NCBI GenBank assembly: GCA_037446795.1
Contig: JBBIHW010000001.1
Coordinates: 1 to 31,157 of the forward strand
Direction of reading: 5' to 3'
Length of the DNA: 31,157 nt
From: Acidobacteriota bacterium
GTDB taxonomy: Bacteria; Acidobacteriota; Polarisedimenticolia; Polarisedimenticolales; JBBIHW01
A model generated the notes under the pieces. That model made no database searches. It had not been told where the DNA came from and was given only the letters and a program-made list of their open reading frames with translations. Shown here one piece after another: positions 1 to 8,715 of the stretch. The position numbers were made by a program, and so were the translations under genes. Numbering within the stretch: the first letter of the stretch is position 1; every line of letters starts with the position of its first letter.

Positions 1-1593
1 CGCACCGGGCTCGCCGGAGGCGGCCTCGGCGAGGGTCTGGATCTCCTTGAGGTCGGGCGGGGGCGGCGGCGCGGGACGCTCGCCCGGGATCGCCGGCGCG
101 TGCGCCGCGGGTTCCGCCTTCTCCCGCGGGAAGAACTCGAACTCGGCCTCGTGCCTGAGGAGGGAAGCCTTGGGCTCGACCGTGACCCTCACGGCGAAGC
201 GGCGCTCGAGCTGCGAGAGGTCTTCCCGCTTGTGGTTGAGGATCCAGAGCGCGACCTCGGGTGGCACCGCCATGCGAATGCGCCCGTAGCTGCCCCCGGC
301 CAGGCGCGTGTGGAGCTTGCGAAGCGCCGAGAGGGCGGCGGGCTCGACGTTCTTCACGAGGCCGAACCCCTCGCAGGTGGGACACGTCGTGTAGGATGCG
401 CCCACCTTCTCCCCCTTGATCCTCTGCCTGGAGATCTCCATGAGGCCGAGCTTCGAGATGCTCGTCACGTCGTACTTGGCCTTGTCGGCCTTCAGAGCGT
501 CCCGCATCGCCTTCTCGACGCGCTTGCGGTTGCGCGGGGAGGCCATGTCGATGAAGTCCACGACGATCAGGCCGCCGAGGTCTCTGAGCCGGAGCTGACG
601 CGCGATCTCCGCCGCGGCCTCGAGGTTCGTCTGCACGGCGGTCTCCTCGGCCGCGCCCGCGCGCGCCGTGCGGCCGCTGTTCACGTCGATGGCCGTGAGG
701 GCCTCGGTCCCGTCAACGACGATCTCTCCTCCCGAGCGCAGCCGGACGCGGCGCTTGTAGATGCTCTCGATCTGCTCCTCGAGGTTGAACTCGCTGAAGA
801 TCGGCCGGTCGCCGGTGTAGAGCTTGAAGATGCGGGCCTTGCCCGGCATGACGTCCCGGACGAACTCGAGGGCGCGCTCGTGGCTCTCCCTGCTGTCGAT
901 CCAGACCTCGTGGACGTCCGGCGCGAGGTAGTCCCTGAGGGTGCGCAGCACCAGGTCCCGCTCCCGGTGGACGAGCCCCGGGAAATCGGTCTCCCGCGAT
1001 CCTCGCTGGATGGACTCCCACAGCCGCAAGAGGTACCGGAGGTCGCGCTGCAGCTCCGTCTTGGTCTGGTCCATGCCCGCGGTGCGGACGATGAGACCGA
1101 ACCCCTCGGGAAGCCGCAGCTCCTCCATCAGGGTTCTCAGGCGCTCGCGCTGGTCGGGGTCCTCGATCTTGCGGGAGATCCCCGAGGCGTCCACGCCGGG
1201 CATGAGCACCAGGTAGCGGCCCGGCAGGGAGAAGTAGGTCGTGACCGTCGGGGGCTTGCCCGCGAACGCCTCCCGGACGACCTGCACCATGATCCTCTGC
1301 CCCGGATGGAGGTGCTGGCCGATACGTCCCTTCCCGCGGCCCTCGTCGCGGGCCGGAAGGAGCCGGAAGTTGACCTCGTCCAGGGGCAGGAAGCCTTTGA
1401 GGTCGTCGCCGATCTTCACGAAGGCCGCGTCAATCGAGGGGAGCAGGTTCTCGACGACGGCGTTGTAGATGTTCCCCTTGATGCTGGCCCGGTTGACCGT
1501 CTCGATCTCGTACTGCTCGAGGACGCCGTCGTTGACGATCGCGACGCGCGACTCCTCCACGTGGGTCACGTTGACGAGCATGATCTTGGCCAT
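1..1593 (-). CDS. rne: Ribonuclease E/G family (Rne/Rng), 3' end runs off the window
   Basis: Manual translation from ATG at 1593: MAKIMLVNVTHVEESRVAIV...KGNIY (S1 domain), YLVLMP, AIDVNSG, LRLRDLGGLIVVDFIDM and Zn-link CPTCEG, then a Pro/Ala-rich tail open to position 1. Absent from the ORF track because there is no stop in the window. Confidence 0.93.
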   Translation of the reverse strand, partial: MAKIMLVNVTHVEESRVAIVNDGVLEQYEIETVNRASIKGNIYNAVVENLLPSIDAAFVKIGDDLKGFLPLDEVNFRLLPARDEGRGKGRIGQHLHPGQRIMVQVVREAFAGKPPTVTTYFSLPGRYLVLMPGVDASGISRKIEDPDQRERLRTLMEELRLPEGFGLIVRTAGMDQTKTELQRDLRYLLRLWESIQRGSRETDFPGLVHRERDLVLRTLRDYLAPDVHEVWIDSRESHERALEFVRDVMPGKARIFKLYTGDRPIFSEFNLEEQIESIYKRRVRLRSGGEIVVDGTEALTAIDVNSGRTARAGAAEETAVQTNLEAAAEIARQLRLRDLGGLIVVDFIDMASPRNRKRVEKAMRDALKADKAKYDVTSISKLGLMEISRQRIKGEKVGASYTTCPTCEGFGLVKNVEPAALSALRKLHTRLAGGSYGRIRMAVPPEVALWILNHKREDLSQLERRFAVRVTVEPKASLLRHEAEFEFFPREKAEPAAHAPAIPGERPAPPPPPDLKEIQTLAEAASGEPGA

Positions 1594-1793
1594 GGTGCTC
1601 GGGGTCTCCCCAGGTCCTTCCGTCAAGCCGGGCCGTCGGGCGCCGGCCGGGCCGCGGCGCCAGGAGCCCCGGATCCGTCGTCTCGGGGCCTCTCCGGCGT
1701 CATCGCGGCGGGCGCCGCCGGCTTCGACCGCCAGGGGTCCTGGGGGGGCTCCGGCCTGCTCGAGGGCGCCTCCCGGGGCCGCTGGGCGAGCGA

Positions 1794-1802
1794 AAGATAG
1801 CA
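1794..1802 (-). promoter_or_regulatory. Candidate extended -10 promoter for rne (TGcTATCTT)
   Basis: The minus strand reads TG-C-TATCTT about 200 nt upstream of the rne ATG. There is no recognisable -35. Confidence 0.4.
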
Positions 1803-1899
1803 CACCGGCAGCGCGCGCGGTCTCCGTTTTCGCTCGCGGCCGTCGGGCACGAGAGAGGTCGAAGGTCCCGCGCCGGCGCGGGCACCCGACCTGCCCCGG

Positions 1900-1928
1900 T
1901 TGACTTCGCGGGAGGCGGTGCCGAGATT
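1900..1928 (+). promoter_or_regulatory. Candidate sigma70 promoter for the SBP-kinase operon
   Basis: TTGACT (1900-1905), 17-nt spacer, GAGATT (1923-1928). The -10 is weak. Confidence 0.3.
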
Positions 1929-1987
1929 CTGCCGTGACCCAGAGCTCGCTCGCAGGGGAGGGACCCCCGAGAGGGAAAGGGCCGCCG

Positions 1988-3625
1988 GTGGCGAAGCGCA
2001 CCTCGTTCCGCGCGCGGATCGTCGCGATCGCTGGCGCCGCGCTCCTCCATGCCTCGTGCGACGGCTGGCCGGAAGCCGCGGATTCCGGAGATCGGGGCGC
2101 GCAGGGGCGACCCTCGAAGGGGGGGGTCCTGCGCCTGGTCCAGGAGGGGCCTCGGACCCTCGACCCGGTCTTCGTGGACTCGGTCTACGAGGGGCTACCG
2201 GTCCACCAGATCTTCGACGGCCTGGTGGCACTCGACCCCAGTCTGAACACGATCCCCTCGCTGGCCGCGACGTGGACGATCGCCGATCAGCGGGAGTACG
2301 TCTTCCACCTGAGGCCCGGCGTTCTCTTTCATGACGGCACCCCGCTCACCTCCGAGGACGTCGCCTTCACCATCCGGCGGGTGCTGTCACCGCCGCACGG
2401 GCGGCAGAGCCTGGCCACGCCGTACCTGCTGGTCGTCGAGGGCGCCCGCGACTTCTGCGCGGGAAGGTCGAGAAAGCTTCCCGGAGTGAGCACGCCCGAT
2501 CCGCTCACGGTCCGGATCCGGCTCGAGCGGCCGTACCCCACGTTCCTCGGGGTTCTCGCCATGGACGCGCTGAGGATCGTCCCTCGCCGCGTGGTGGAAC
2601 GGATCGGGGACGCGGAGTTCGGCCGCCGCCCCGTGGGCACGGGCCCCTTTCGCCTCGCCCGCTGGGACCAAGGGCTCGTCCGGCTCGAGGCGTACCCGGC
2701 TCACTTCGCGGGACCGCCTCACCTCGACGCGATCGAGATCCACGTCCCCGGGCCGGACGAGCCGGAGGGGGGCATCGCGCGCTTCAACGAAGGGCACGCC
2801 GACCTGATCGAGGCGCCCTCGGCGCAGCTCGAGCGCCTCGCTTCGAGCCCGGGCGTGAAGATCCTGCGGTATCCCGAGCTGAGTCTGAACTTTCTCGGCC
2901 TCGACACCGGCTACCCGCATCTCGAGGACGAGAGGGTGCGCCGCGCCATCGCCCACGCCATCAACCGGGAGCGGATCGCCTCGCAGCACCCGACGATCCG
3001 CAGGCTCGCAACGGGCATCCTTCCTCCGGGCCTTCCCGGCTACTCGCCGAGGCCGAAGACACTTCCCTACGATCCCGACCGCGCCAGGGCACTGCTGGCG
3101 GAAGCGGGCCACCCGGCCGGCGCGCGGCTGCCCCCGCTCGCCGTGTACACCGCCAACAGGAGTGCTGCGGCGCAGCAGCTGCTCGCCTCCCTGAGCGAGG
3201 ACCTCCGCGCGGTGGGAGTGCGGGTCGAGGTGCAGATCGTGAGCTGGCCGGAGTTCTCCCGTCGCCTCGAGACCCACTCGGCGCCCGCGTTCCTGCTCGG
3301 ATGGATCGCCGACCTCACGGATCCCGACGCCTTTCTCCGGTCGCTGTTCGAGCCGGGAGCGGCCGCCAACTACTTCAACTGCCGCGACCCGCAGGTGTCG
3401 GCGCTGCTGGACCGCGGCGCGCGGGAGCTGCATCCGGTGGAGCGCGCGAAGATCTACCGCGCCGTGGAGGAGCGGATCCTGGCCCACGCGCCCATCGTTC
3501 CGCTCTACTACAACGTCCGCGCCCTGGCCGTCCGTGGCGCGGTCCGCGACCTCGAGCCGAGCCCCCTCGGCCTGTCCGCCGTGGACTTCCGCGAGGTCTG
3601 GCTCGCCCGGGGGGAGGCGTCATAA
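1988..3625 (+). CDS. ABC-type solute-binding lipoprotein, family 5 (DppA/OppA-like)
   Basis: The GTG at 1988 gives a signal peptide with lipobox-like LHASC. Motifs TLDP, IFDGLV, YVFHLRPGVLFHDGTPLTSEDV, PVGTGPF and RVRRAIAHAINR. The track start at 1934 is an upstream alternative. Confidence 0.9.
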   Translation: MAKRTSFRARIVAIAGAALLHASCDGWPEAADSGDRGAQGRPSKGGVLRLVQEGPRTLDPVFVDSVYEGLPVHQIFDGLVALDPSLNTIPSLAATWTIADQREYVFHLRPGVLFHDGTPLTSEDVAFTIRRVLSPPHGRQSLATPYLLVVEGARDFCAGRSRKLPGVSTPDPLTVRIRLERPYPTFLGVLAMDALRIVPRRVVERIGDAEFGRRPVGTGPFRLARWDQGLVRLEAYPAHFAGPPHLDAIEIHVPGPDEPEGGIARFNEGHADLIEAPSAQLERLASSPGVKILRYPELSLNFLGLDTGYPHLEDERVRRAIAHAINRERIASQHPTIRRLATGILPPGLPGYSPRPKTLPYDPDRARALLAEAGHPAGARLPPLAVYTANRSAAAQQLLASLSEDLRAVGVRVEVQIVSWPEFSRRLETHSAPAFLLGWIADLTDPDAFLRSLFEPGAAANYFNCRDPQVSALLDRGARELHPVERAKIYRAVEERILAHAPIVPLYYNVRALAVRGAVRDLEPSPLGLSAVDFREVWLARGEAS

Positions 3626-5946
3626 TCCGGAACGTGCTCGAGCGGTGGCGCCTGGAGCACAGCTTCGAGCTGTCCACGACCCTGCTCGTGCTCTTCATGA
3701 TCAGCACGACCATCGGCGTGGTGCACACCCGCATGGCGGCGGGCATGCGCAGGACGTTCGAGGCGCGGGGGATCTCCATCGGCCGGAGCATCGGGGCCGT
3801 CGCCACCCCCTCCCTCCTCTCCTACAACTACCCGGCGCTGCAGGCGGCCGCGGAGGGTGCGGCGGCGGACGACGGCCTCGACTACGTCGTCATCCACGAC
3901 AAGGAAGGCGTCGTGGCGGGCATCGCGAGCGGCTCGGGTCTCGAGGAGATGATCCCGAAGTCGTTGTCCCTGGGGCCCCGCGAGCCCTCCAGTCACGACG
4001 TCCGGTTCGAGGGCCTGCGCGGCCAGGAGGTCAGAGTCCTCGAGGTCGTGGTCCCGGTCCTGGTGGAGGGGGTCGAGGAACCGTGGGGCGTCGTGCGGGT
4101 GGGTCTTTCCCACGCGCCGATGCTCGCCGAACTGAGGCGCCTCGATTTCGATCTCCTGGTCCTCGGCGTGATGCTCGCCGCCGCAGCGGTCCTCGCGGCC
4201 CGTGTCCTCGCGCGCCGCATCACCGCTCCGCTGCGGAGGCTCGCCGAGGGGACGGAGGCGGTCTCGTCCGGTGATCTCGACCACAGAATCCCCGTCCAGG
4301 GCGCTCGCGAGCTCGCGGACCTCGCCCGTGCCTTCAACGCGATGGCGGAGCGCGTGCGAGCCAAGGCGAGGGAGGCGGCGGAGTTCCAGAAGGCCCTCGA
4401 GGAGCTGAACGCGAGCCTGGAGCAGCAGGTGCTCGAGCGCACCCTCGCGCTCCGCGAGTCCGAGGCCCAGTACAAGACCCTGGTCGAGCACTCTCCCGAC
4501 TCGATCCTGATCGTCCAGGACGGCCGTCTCCGCTTCGTGAACCCCACCTTCACGGAGACGTTCGGTGTCGAGGCGGAGGAGGCGACCTCGGGCCGCTTCG
4601 ACCTGACCACGGCGTTCAACACGTCCTCGGCCGCCCTCGTCCGCAGCAGGATCGCGCAGTGGGAGCGGGGCGAGCCGGCCGCCCCGGTCGAGGTCCTCGG
4701 GCAGGACGCCAGCGGCCGGCAGCGCTGCTTCGAGCTTCGGGGCAGCAGGATCGAGTATCAGGGGCGCTCGGCTGCCGAGTGCCTCCTCGTGGACATGACC
4801 GAGGCCCGCCGCCTGAGGGAGCGCCTGGCCGAGACCGAGAAGCTCCGGGCGCTCGGTGAGCTCGCGGGCGGCGTCGCCCACGACTTCAACAACCTCCTCG
4901 GGGCGATCCTCGGTCGGACGCAGCTGCTCCGACGGCGCGGGTTCGACCCGGAGGTGGACCGCGAGCTGTCCGTGATCGAGAAGGCGGCGCTCGACGGACG
5001 GGAAACGGTCCGCAGGATCCAGGAGTTCTCCCGCGTGCGCCGGGACCGGCGGTTCGGACCCGTGGACCTCGCCGAGGTCGTGAAGGACGCGGTGGAGATC
5101 ACGCGGGGACGGTGGAAAGCGGAAGCCGAGCAGCGGAACGTGGCGATCCAGGTGGAGCTGGACACGGCGGAGGCGCCCCCGATCCTGGGCAGCGCGGCCG
5201 AGCTGCGCGAGGTGTTCACCAACCTGATCCTCAACGCGGTGGACGCGATGCCCCAGGGAGGCAGGCTCCGCCTGCGATGCAGGCGCCAGGGGGACCGGGT
5301 CGTGGCCGAGGTGGAGGATACCGGGGTCGGGATGACCGAGGAAATCCGGCGGCACGTCTTCGACCCCTTCTTCTCGACGAAGGGCTCGAGAGGCATGGGC
5401 CTCGGCATGAGCGTCGTCTACGGCATCGTCACGCGCCACGAGGGGAGGATCGAGGTGGACACCGCCCTCGGCCGCGGCACCAGGTTCCGCCTGGACTTCC
5501 CGGTGGCCGAGGAACTCCCCGCTCCCGTGGAACCGGACGGCGAGCAGGCTGCGGCGCCGGTGCGGCCCGGCCGCATCCTCGTCATTGACGACGAGCCCGA
5601 GGTGGCCGCCGTCGTTCGAGACGTCCTGACGCTCGAGGGGCACGAGGTGGACACCGCCTTCCGGGCGAACGACGGGATTCGCATGGTGTCCGTGTCGCCG
5701 TACGACCTGGTGCTCACGGATCTGGGGATGCCGGACATGTCCGGTTGGGAGGTGGCGGAGAAAGTGGCCGACATGCGACCCGGACTTCCGGTGGCCCTCA
5801 TCACGGGCTGGGGGACCAGCCTCGACGAGGACGAGGCGCGCCGGCGCGGGATCGTGGCCGTCGTCCACAAGCCGTTCGAAGTGGACGAGCTCGTCCGCGT
5901 GGCGGGCGCGGCTCTGTCGCGCAGCGCCGCCGGGGGGACGGGCTGA
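3622..5946 (+). CDS. Membrane hybrid sensor histidine kinase (2 TM + extracytoplasmic domain, HAMP, PAS, HisKA, HATPase_c, REC)
   Basis: H-box AHDFNNLL, N-box EVFTNLILNAVDA, DTGVG, FDPFFSTK, GMGLG, and a receiver with IDDE...TDLGMP...KPF. The start is uncertain: ATA at 3622 after GGAGG, or GTG at 3634. The ORF-track start at 3301 overlaps the SBP gene and is unlikely. Confidence 0.9.
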   Translation: MIRNVLERWRLEHSFELSTTLLVLFMISTTIGVVHTRMAAGMRRTFEARGISIGRSIGAVATPSLLSYNYPALQAAAEGAAADDGLDYVVIHDKEGVVAGIASGSGLEEMIPKSLSLGPREPSSHDVRFEGLRGQEVRVLEVVVPVLVEGVEEPWGVVRVGLSHAPMLAELRRLDFDLLVLGVMLAAAAVLAARVLARRITAPLRRLAEGTEAVSSGDLDHRIPVQGARELADLARAFNAMAERVRAKAREAAEFQKALEELNASLEQQVLERTLALRESEAQYKTLVEHSPDSILIVQDGRLRFVNPTFTETFGVEAEEATSGRFDLTTAFNTSSAALVRSRIAQWERGEPAAPVEVLGQDASGRQRCFELRGSRIEYQGRSAAECLLVDMTEARRLRERLAETEKLRALGELAGGVAHDFNNLLGAILGRTQLLRRRGFDPEVDRELSVIEKAALDGRETVRRIQEFSRVRRDRRFGPVDLAEVVKDAVEITRGRWKAEAEQRNVAIQVELDTAEAPPILGSAAELREVFTNLILNAVDAMPQGGRLRLRCRRQGDRVVAEVEDTGVGMTEEIRRHVFDPFFSTKGSRGMGLGMSVVYGIVTRHEGRIEVDTALGRGTRFRLDFPVAEELPAPVEPDGEQAAAPVRPGRILVIDDEPEVAAVVRDVLTLEGHEVDTAFRANDGIRMVSVSPYDLVLTDLGMPDMSGWEVAEKVADMRPGLPVALITGWGTSLDEDEARRRGIVAVVHKPFEVDELVRVAGAALSRSAAGGTG

Positions 5947-5995
5947 GGGCCCCCACCCGATTCCGGGGCTCCGCCCGCGCGCGCGGCGGGTTCTG

Positions 5996-6001
5996 TATAA
6001 T
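5996..6001 (+). promoter_or_regulatory. Candidate -10 box (TATAAT) for the atuA-like operon
   Basis: Perfect TATAAT in a GC-rich intergenic gap about 60 nt before ATG 6061. No -35 match. Confidence 0.4.
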
Positions 6002-6060
6002 CCGGCTCTCCTGCCGATCGCACGGCGTTCCCTGATCCCGGAGGAGGAGACCGCGAGCCG

Positions 6061-7428
6061 ATGTCCGGGCCACGCGTCGTCCGCATCGCCAACGGGCAGG
6101 GTTTCTGGGGGGACTCCGTGGACGCGCCGGTCCGCCTCGTCCAGGAGGGGCCGCTCGACTACCTCACGCTCGACTACCTCGCCGAGGTCACGATGTCCAT
6201 CCTCCAGAAGCAGCGCCAGCGCGACCCCGCCAGGGGCTACGCGACGGACTTCGTCGAGCTCGTGCGCCGCATCCTTCCCTTCCTGGTGGCCCGCGACATC
6301 CGGGTGGTCACGAACGCGGGGGGGGTCAATCCCGACGCCTGCCGGCAGGCGCTGCTCGAGGTGGCGCGAGAGCAAGGCATCCGCGGGATCCGGATCGGCA
6401 CGGTCACGGGAGACGACATCCTCGAGCGCCTGGACGAGCTCGTGGCCGCAGGCGTGAGCTTCAAGAATCTGGACGACGGCCGTCCGTTCTCCGAGGTGCG
6501 CGACCGCGTGCTTTCGGCCAACGTCTACATCAGCTCGTTCCCGGCCTCCGAGGCGCTGCGGCGCGGGGCGCAGATCGTGGTGAGCGGGCGCTCGACCGAC
6601 CCCGGGCTCGTCCTCGCCCCCCTGATCCACGAGTTCGGCTGGGGGCCGGAGGACTGGAACCTCCTGGCGGCCGGGACCGTGGCGGGCCACATCGTCGAGT
6701 GCGGGGCCCAGTGCACGGGGGGAAACTTCTCGCGCTGGTGGGAGGTGGAGGGCTGGGACCGGATCGGCTACCCCGTCATCGAGGCTCGAGCCGACGGCAG
6801 CTTCGTCGTCTCGAAGCACGAGGGGACGGGCGGGCTCGTCACGGTGGACACGGTCGCCGAGCAGCTCGTGTACGAGATGGGGGACCCGCGCCGGTACGTC
6901 ACGCCGGACTGCGTGGCCGACTTCACGACGATCCGGCTGGAGCAGGTGGGCCGGGACCGCGTGCGCGTGTTCGGGATCGAGGGGCGGCCCGCGACCGACA
7001 CCTACAAGGTCTCGATCTCCTACCTCGAGGGGTACAAGGCCGTCGGACAGCTCACCGTGAGCGGTCCCGATCCGCTGCCCAAGGCGCGCATCTGCGCCGA
7101 GGCGCTGTGGGGCCGCCTCGAGCGCGCGGGCTACCGCTTCGAGGAGACCATCACCGAGTTCCTGGGCGTGGACTCCTGCCACGGGCCGCTCACGCCGCCG
7201 GCGGGGCGCGTCAACGAGGTCGTGCTCCGAGTCGGCGTCAAGGACCGCGACTGGAGCAAGGTGGAGCGGTTCGGCAAGGAGCTCGCCCCCCTGGTCACGT
7301 CGGGGCCCCCGGGCGTCACCGGATTCGCCGGGGGACGGCCGCACGCGACGGAAGTCCTCGGCTTCTGGCCGGCGCTGATCCCCAAGCACCTGGTCCATCC
7401 GCGGGTCGCCGTCGAGGAGGTCTCTTGA
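6061..7428 (+). CDS. Acyclic terpene utilization AtuA family protein (DUF1446), N-terminal part
   Basis: RIANGQGFWGD, DYLAEVTM, TNAGG, GHIVECGAQCTGGN and EQLVYEMGDP are characteristic of DUF1446. Confidence 0.88.
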   Translation: MSGPRVVRIANGQGFWGDSVDAPVRLVQEGPLDYLTLDYLAEVTMSILQKQRQRDPARGYATDFVELVRRILPFLVARDIRVVTNAGGVNPDACRQALLEVAREQGIRGIRIGTVTGDDILERLDELVAAGVSFKNLDDGRPFSEVRDRVLSANVYISSFPASEALRRGAQIVVSGRSTDPGLVLAPLIHEFGWGPEDWNLLAAGTVAGHIVECGAQCTGGNFSRWWEVEGWDRIGYPVIEARADGSFVVSKHEGTGGLVTVDTVAEQLVYEMGDPRRYVTPDCVADFTTIRLEQVGRDRVRVFGIEGRPATDTYKVSISYLEGYKAVGQLTVSGPDPLPKARICAEALWGRLERAGYRFEETITEFLGVDSCHGPLTPPAGRVNEVVLRVGVKDRDWSKVERFGKELAPLVTSGPPGVTGFAGGRPHATEVLGFWPALIPKHLVHPRVAVEEVS

Positions 7429-7817
7429 AGAGGCTCCCGCTCTACGCCCTGGCTCACGCCCGGTCCGGGGACAAGGGCAACGGCTCGAACGTCGGCGTGC
7501 TCGCCTACGACGAGCGCGGCTACGGGATCCTGAAGGCGTTTCTCACGCCCGAGCGGGTCCGGGAGCACCTCAAGGGCATCGTGCGGGGCGCCGTGGAACG
7601 GTACGAGCTTCCGAACCTGCGCGGTCTGAACTTCATCCTCCACGATTCGCTGGGAGGCAGCGGGTCGGCGAGCCTCAAGAACGACGCGCAGGGGAAGACC
7701 CACGCGATGGCGCTGCTGCGGATGATGGTGGAGGTCCCGGACGACTACGAGCCGCCGCGCGTCGGGACGGCGGGGCCCTTGTCTCCCGGCGGCGAGCTCG
7801 GCGGGCTGACGCCGTGA
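7425..7817 (+). CDS. AtuA C-terminal-domain-like small protein
   Basis: TTG start overlaps the upstream TGA (TTGA) after GGAGG. Motifs AHARSGDKGN...YELPNL...LGGSG..SL..DAQGK match the C-terminal part of full-length AtuA. Confidence 0.8.
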   Translation: MKRLPLYALAHARSGDKGNGSNVGVLAYDERGYGILKAFLTPERVREHLKGIVRGAVERYELPNLRGLNFILHDSLGGSGSASLKNDAQGKTHAMALLRMMVEVPDDYEPPRVGTAGPLSPGGELGGLTP

Positions 7818-8596
7818 GCGCCTTCCGGTGGGTCTCGATGGAGGCCGCGGAGTCGGGCGTGCGGACCCTCACGCTCGCCCGGCCGCCGGTGAACGCCCTC
7901 GGTCGGGAGCTCGTCGAGGAGCTCGGCCGCGCCGTGGAGGCCGCCGCCGCCGACCGCGAAGCGCGCTGCCTCGTCGTTCGGACCGGCCTGGAGCACTTCT
8001 CGGCCGGCGCCGACCTCAAGGAGCGTCAGGCGATGTCGGTGGACGACGTCCGCGAGTACGTGCCCCGCCTCGCCTCGACGTTCGCGGCGCTGGCCTCGCT
8101 CCCGTTCCCCACGATCGCGGCGGTCCGCGGCACGGCCGTGGGCGGTGGGTGCGAGCTCGCCCTGGCCTGCGACCTGCGGGTCCTGTCCGAGGACGCTCGG
8201 ATCGGGCTGCGGGAGACCGCCCTCGCGATCCTGCCCGGCGCCGGGGGGACGCAGCGTCTCGCCCGCGTCGCGGGGCTCGCCCGCGCGAAGCGGTGGATCT
8301 TCACCGCGCGCCTGCACACCGCTCGAGAGGCGCTCGCCGACGGCGTCGCCGACGAGGTCGTCCCTGCCCGGGAGCTCGACGCGCGAGCGCTGGCCCTGGC
8401 CGCCGAGATCGCGGCCAACGGTCCCGTGGCGGTCCGGCTGGCGAAGCGGGCGATTGACGGGGGGTTCGGCCGACCGCTCGAGGAGGGTCTCCTGCTCGAG
8501 TGGGACTGCTACCAGGGAGTTCTCCACACCGAGGACAGGCTCGAGGCGCTGCGCGCCTTCGCCGAGAAGAGGCCGCCGAGGTTCACGGGACGCTGA
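7814..8596 (+). CDS. Enoyl-CoA hydratase/isomerase (crotonase) family, methylglutaconyl-CoA hydratase-like
   Basis: FSAGADLKE, GGGCELALACDLR and ETALAILPGAGGTQRL (both catalytic Glu present). GTGA overlap with the upstream gene. Confidence 0.9.
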   Translation: MSAFRWVSMEAAESGVRTLTLARPPVNALGRELVEELGRAVEAAAADREARCLVVRTGLEHFSAGADLKERQAMSVDDVREYVPRLASTFAALASLPFPTIAAVRGTAVGGGCELALACDLRVLSEDARIGLRETALAILPGAGGTQRLARVAGLARAKRWIFTARLHTAREALADGVADEVVPARELDARALALAAEIAANGPVAVRLAKRAIDGGFGRPLEEGLLLEWDCYQGVLHTEDRLEALRAFAEKRPPRFTGR

Positions 8597-8641
8597 CGGC
8601 GGCCTCTGCCCGCGAGGGGCGGCGCGAGCCGGTCGCGGCTG

Positions 8642-8669
8642 TTGAGTCCCCGCGAGAGCGATGTACAGT
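8642..8669 (+). promoter_or_regulatory. Candidate sigma70 promoter for the M24 peptidase
   Basis: TTGAGT (8642-8647), 16-nt spacer, TACAGT (8664-8669), 46 nt before ATG 8716. Confidence 0.45.
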
Positions 8670-8715
8670 AGGCGCGCGGAGGGCGACCGCCCGGGAGGCG
8701 CCGCGAGCCGTGCCG

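Noticed and set aside
100-1800. 566-aa plus-strand ORF and other ORFs over 1-1900
   Set aside because: Antisense shadow of rne, which has clear family motifs on the minus strand.
3508-7398. 1296-aa minus-strand ORF
   Set aside because: Codon-register shadow of the kinase and atuA genes. Long stop-free antisense frames are expected at this GC content, and it has no motifs.
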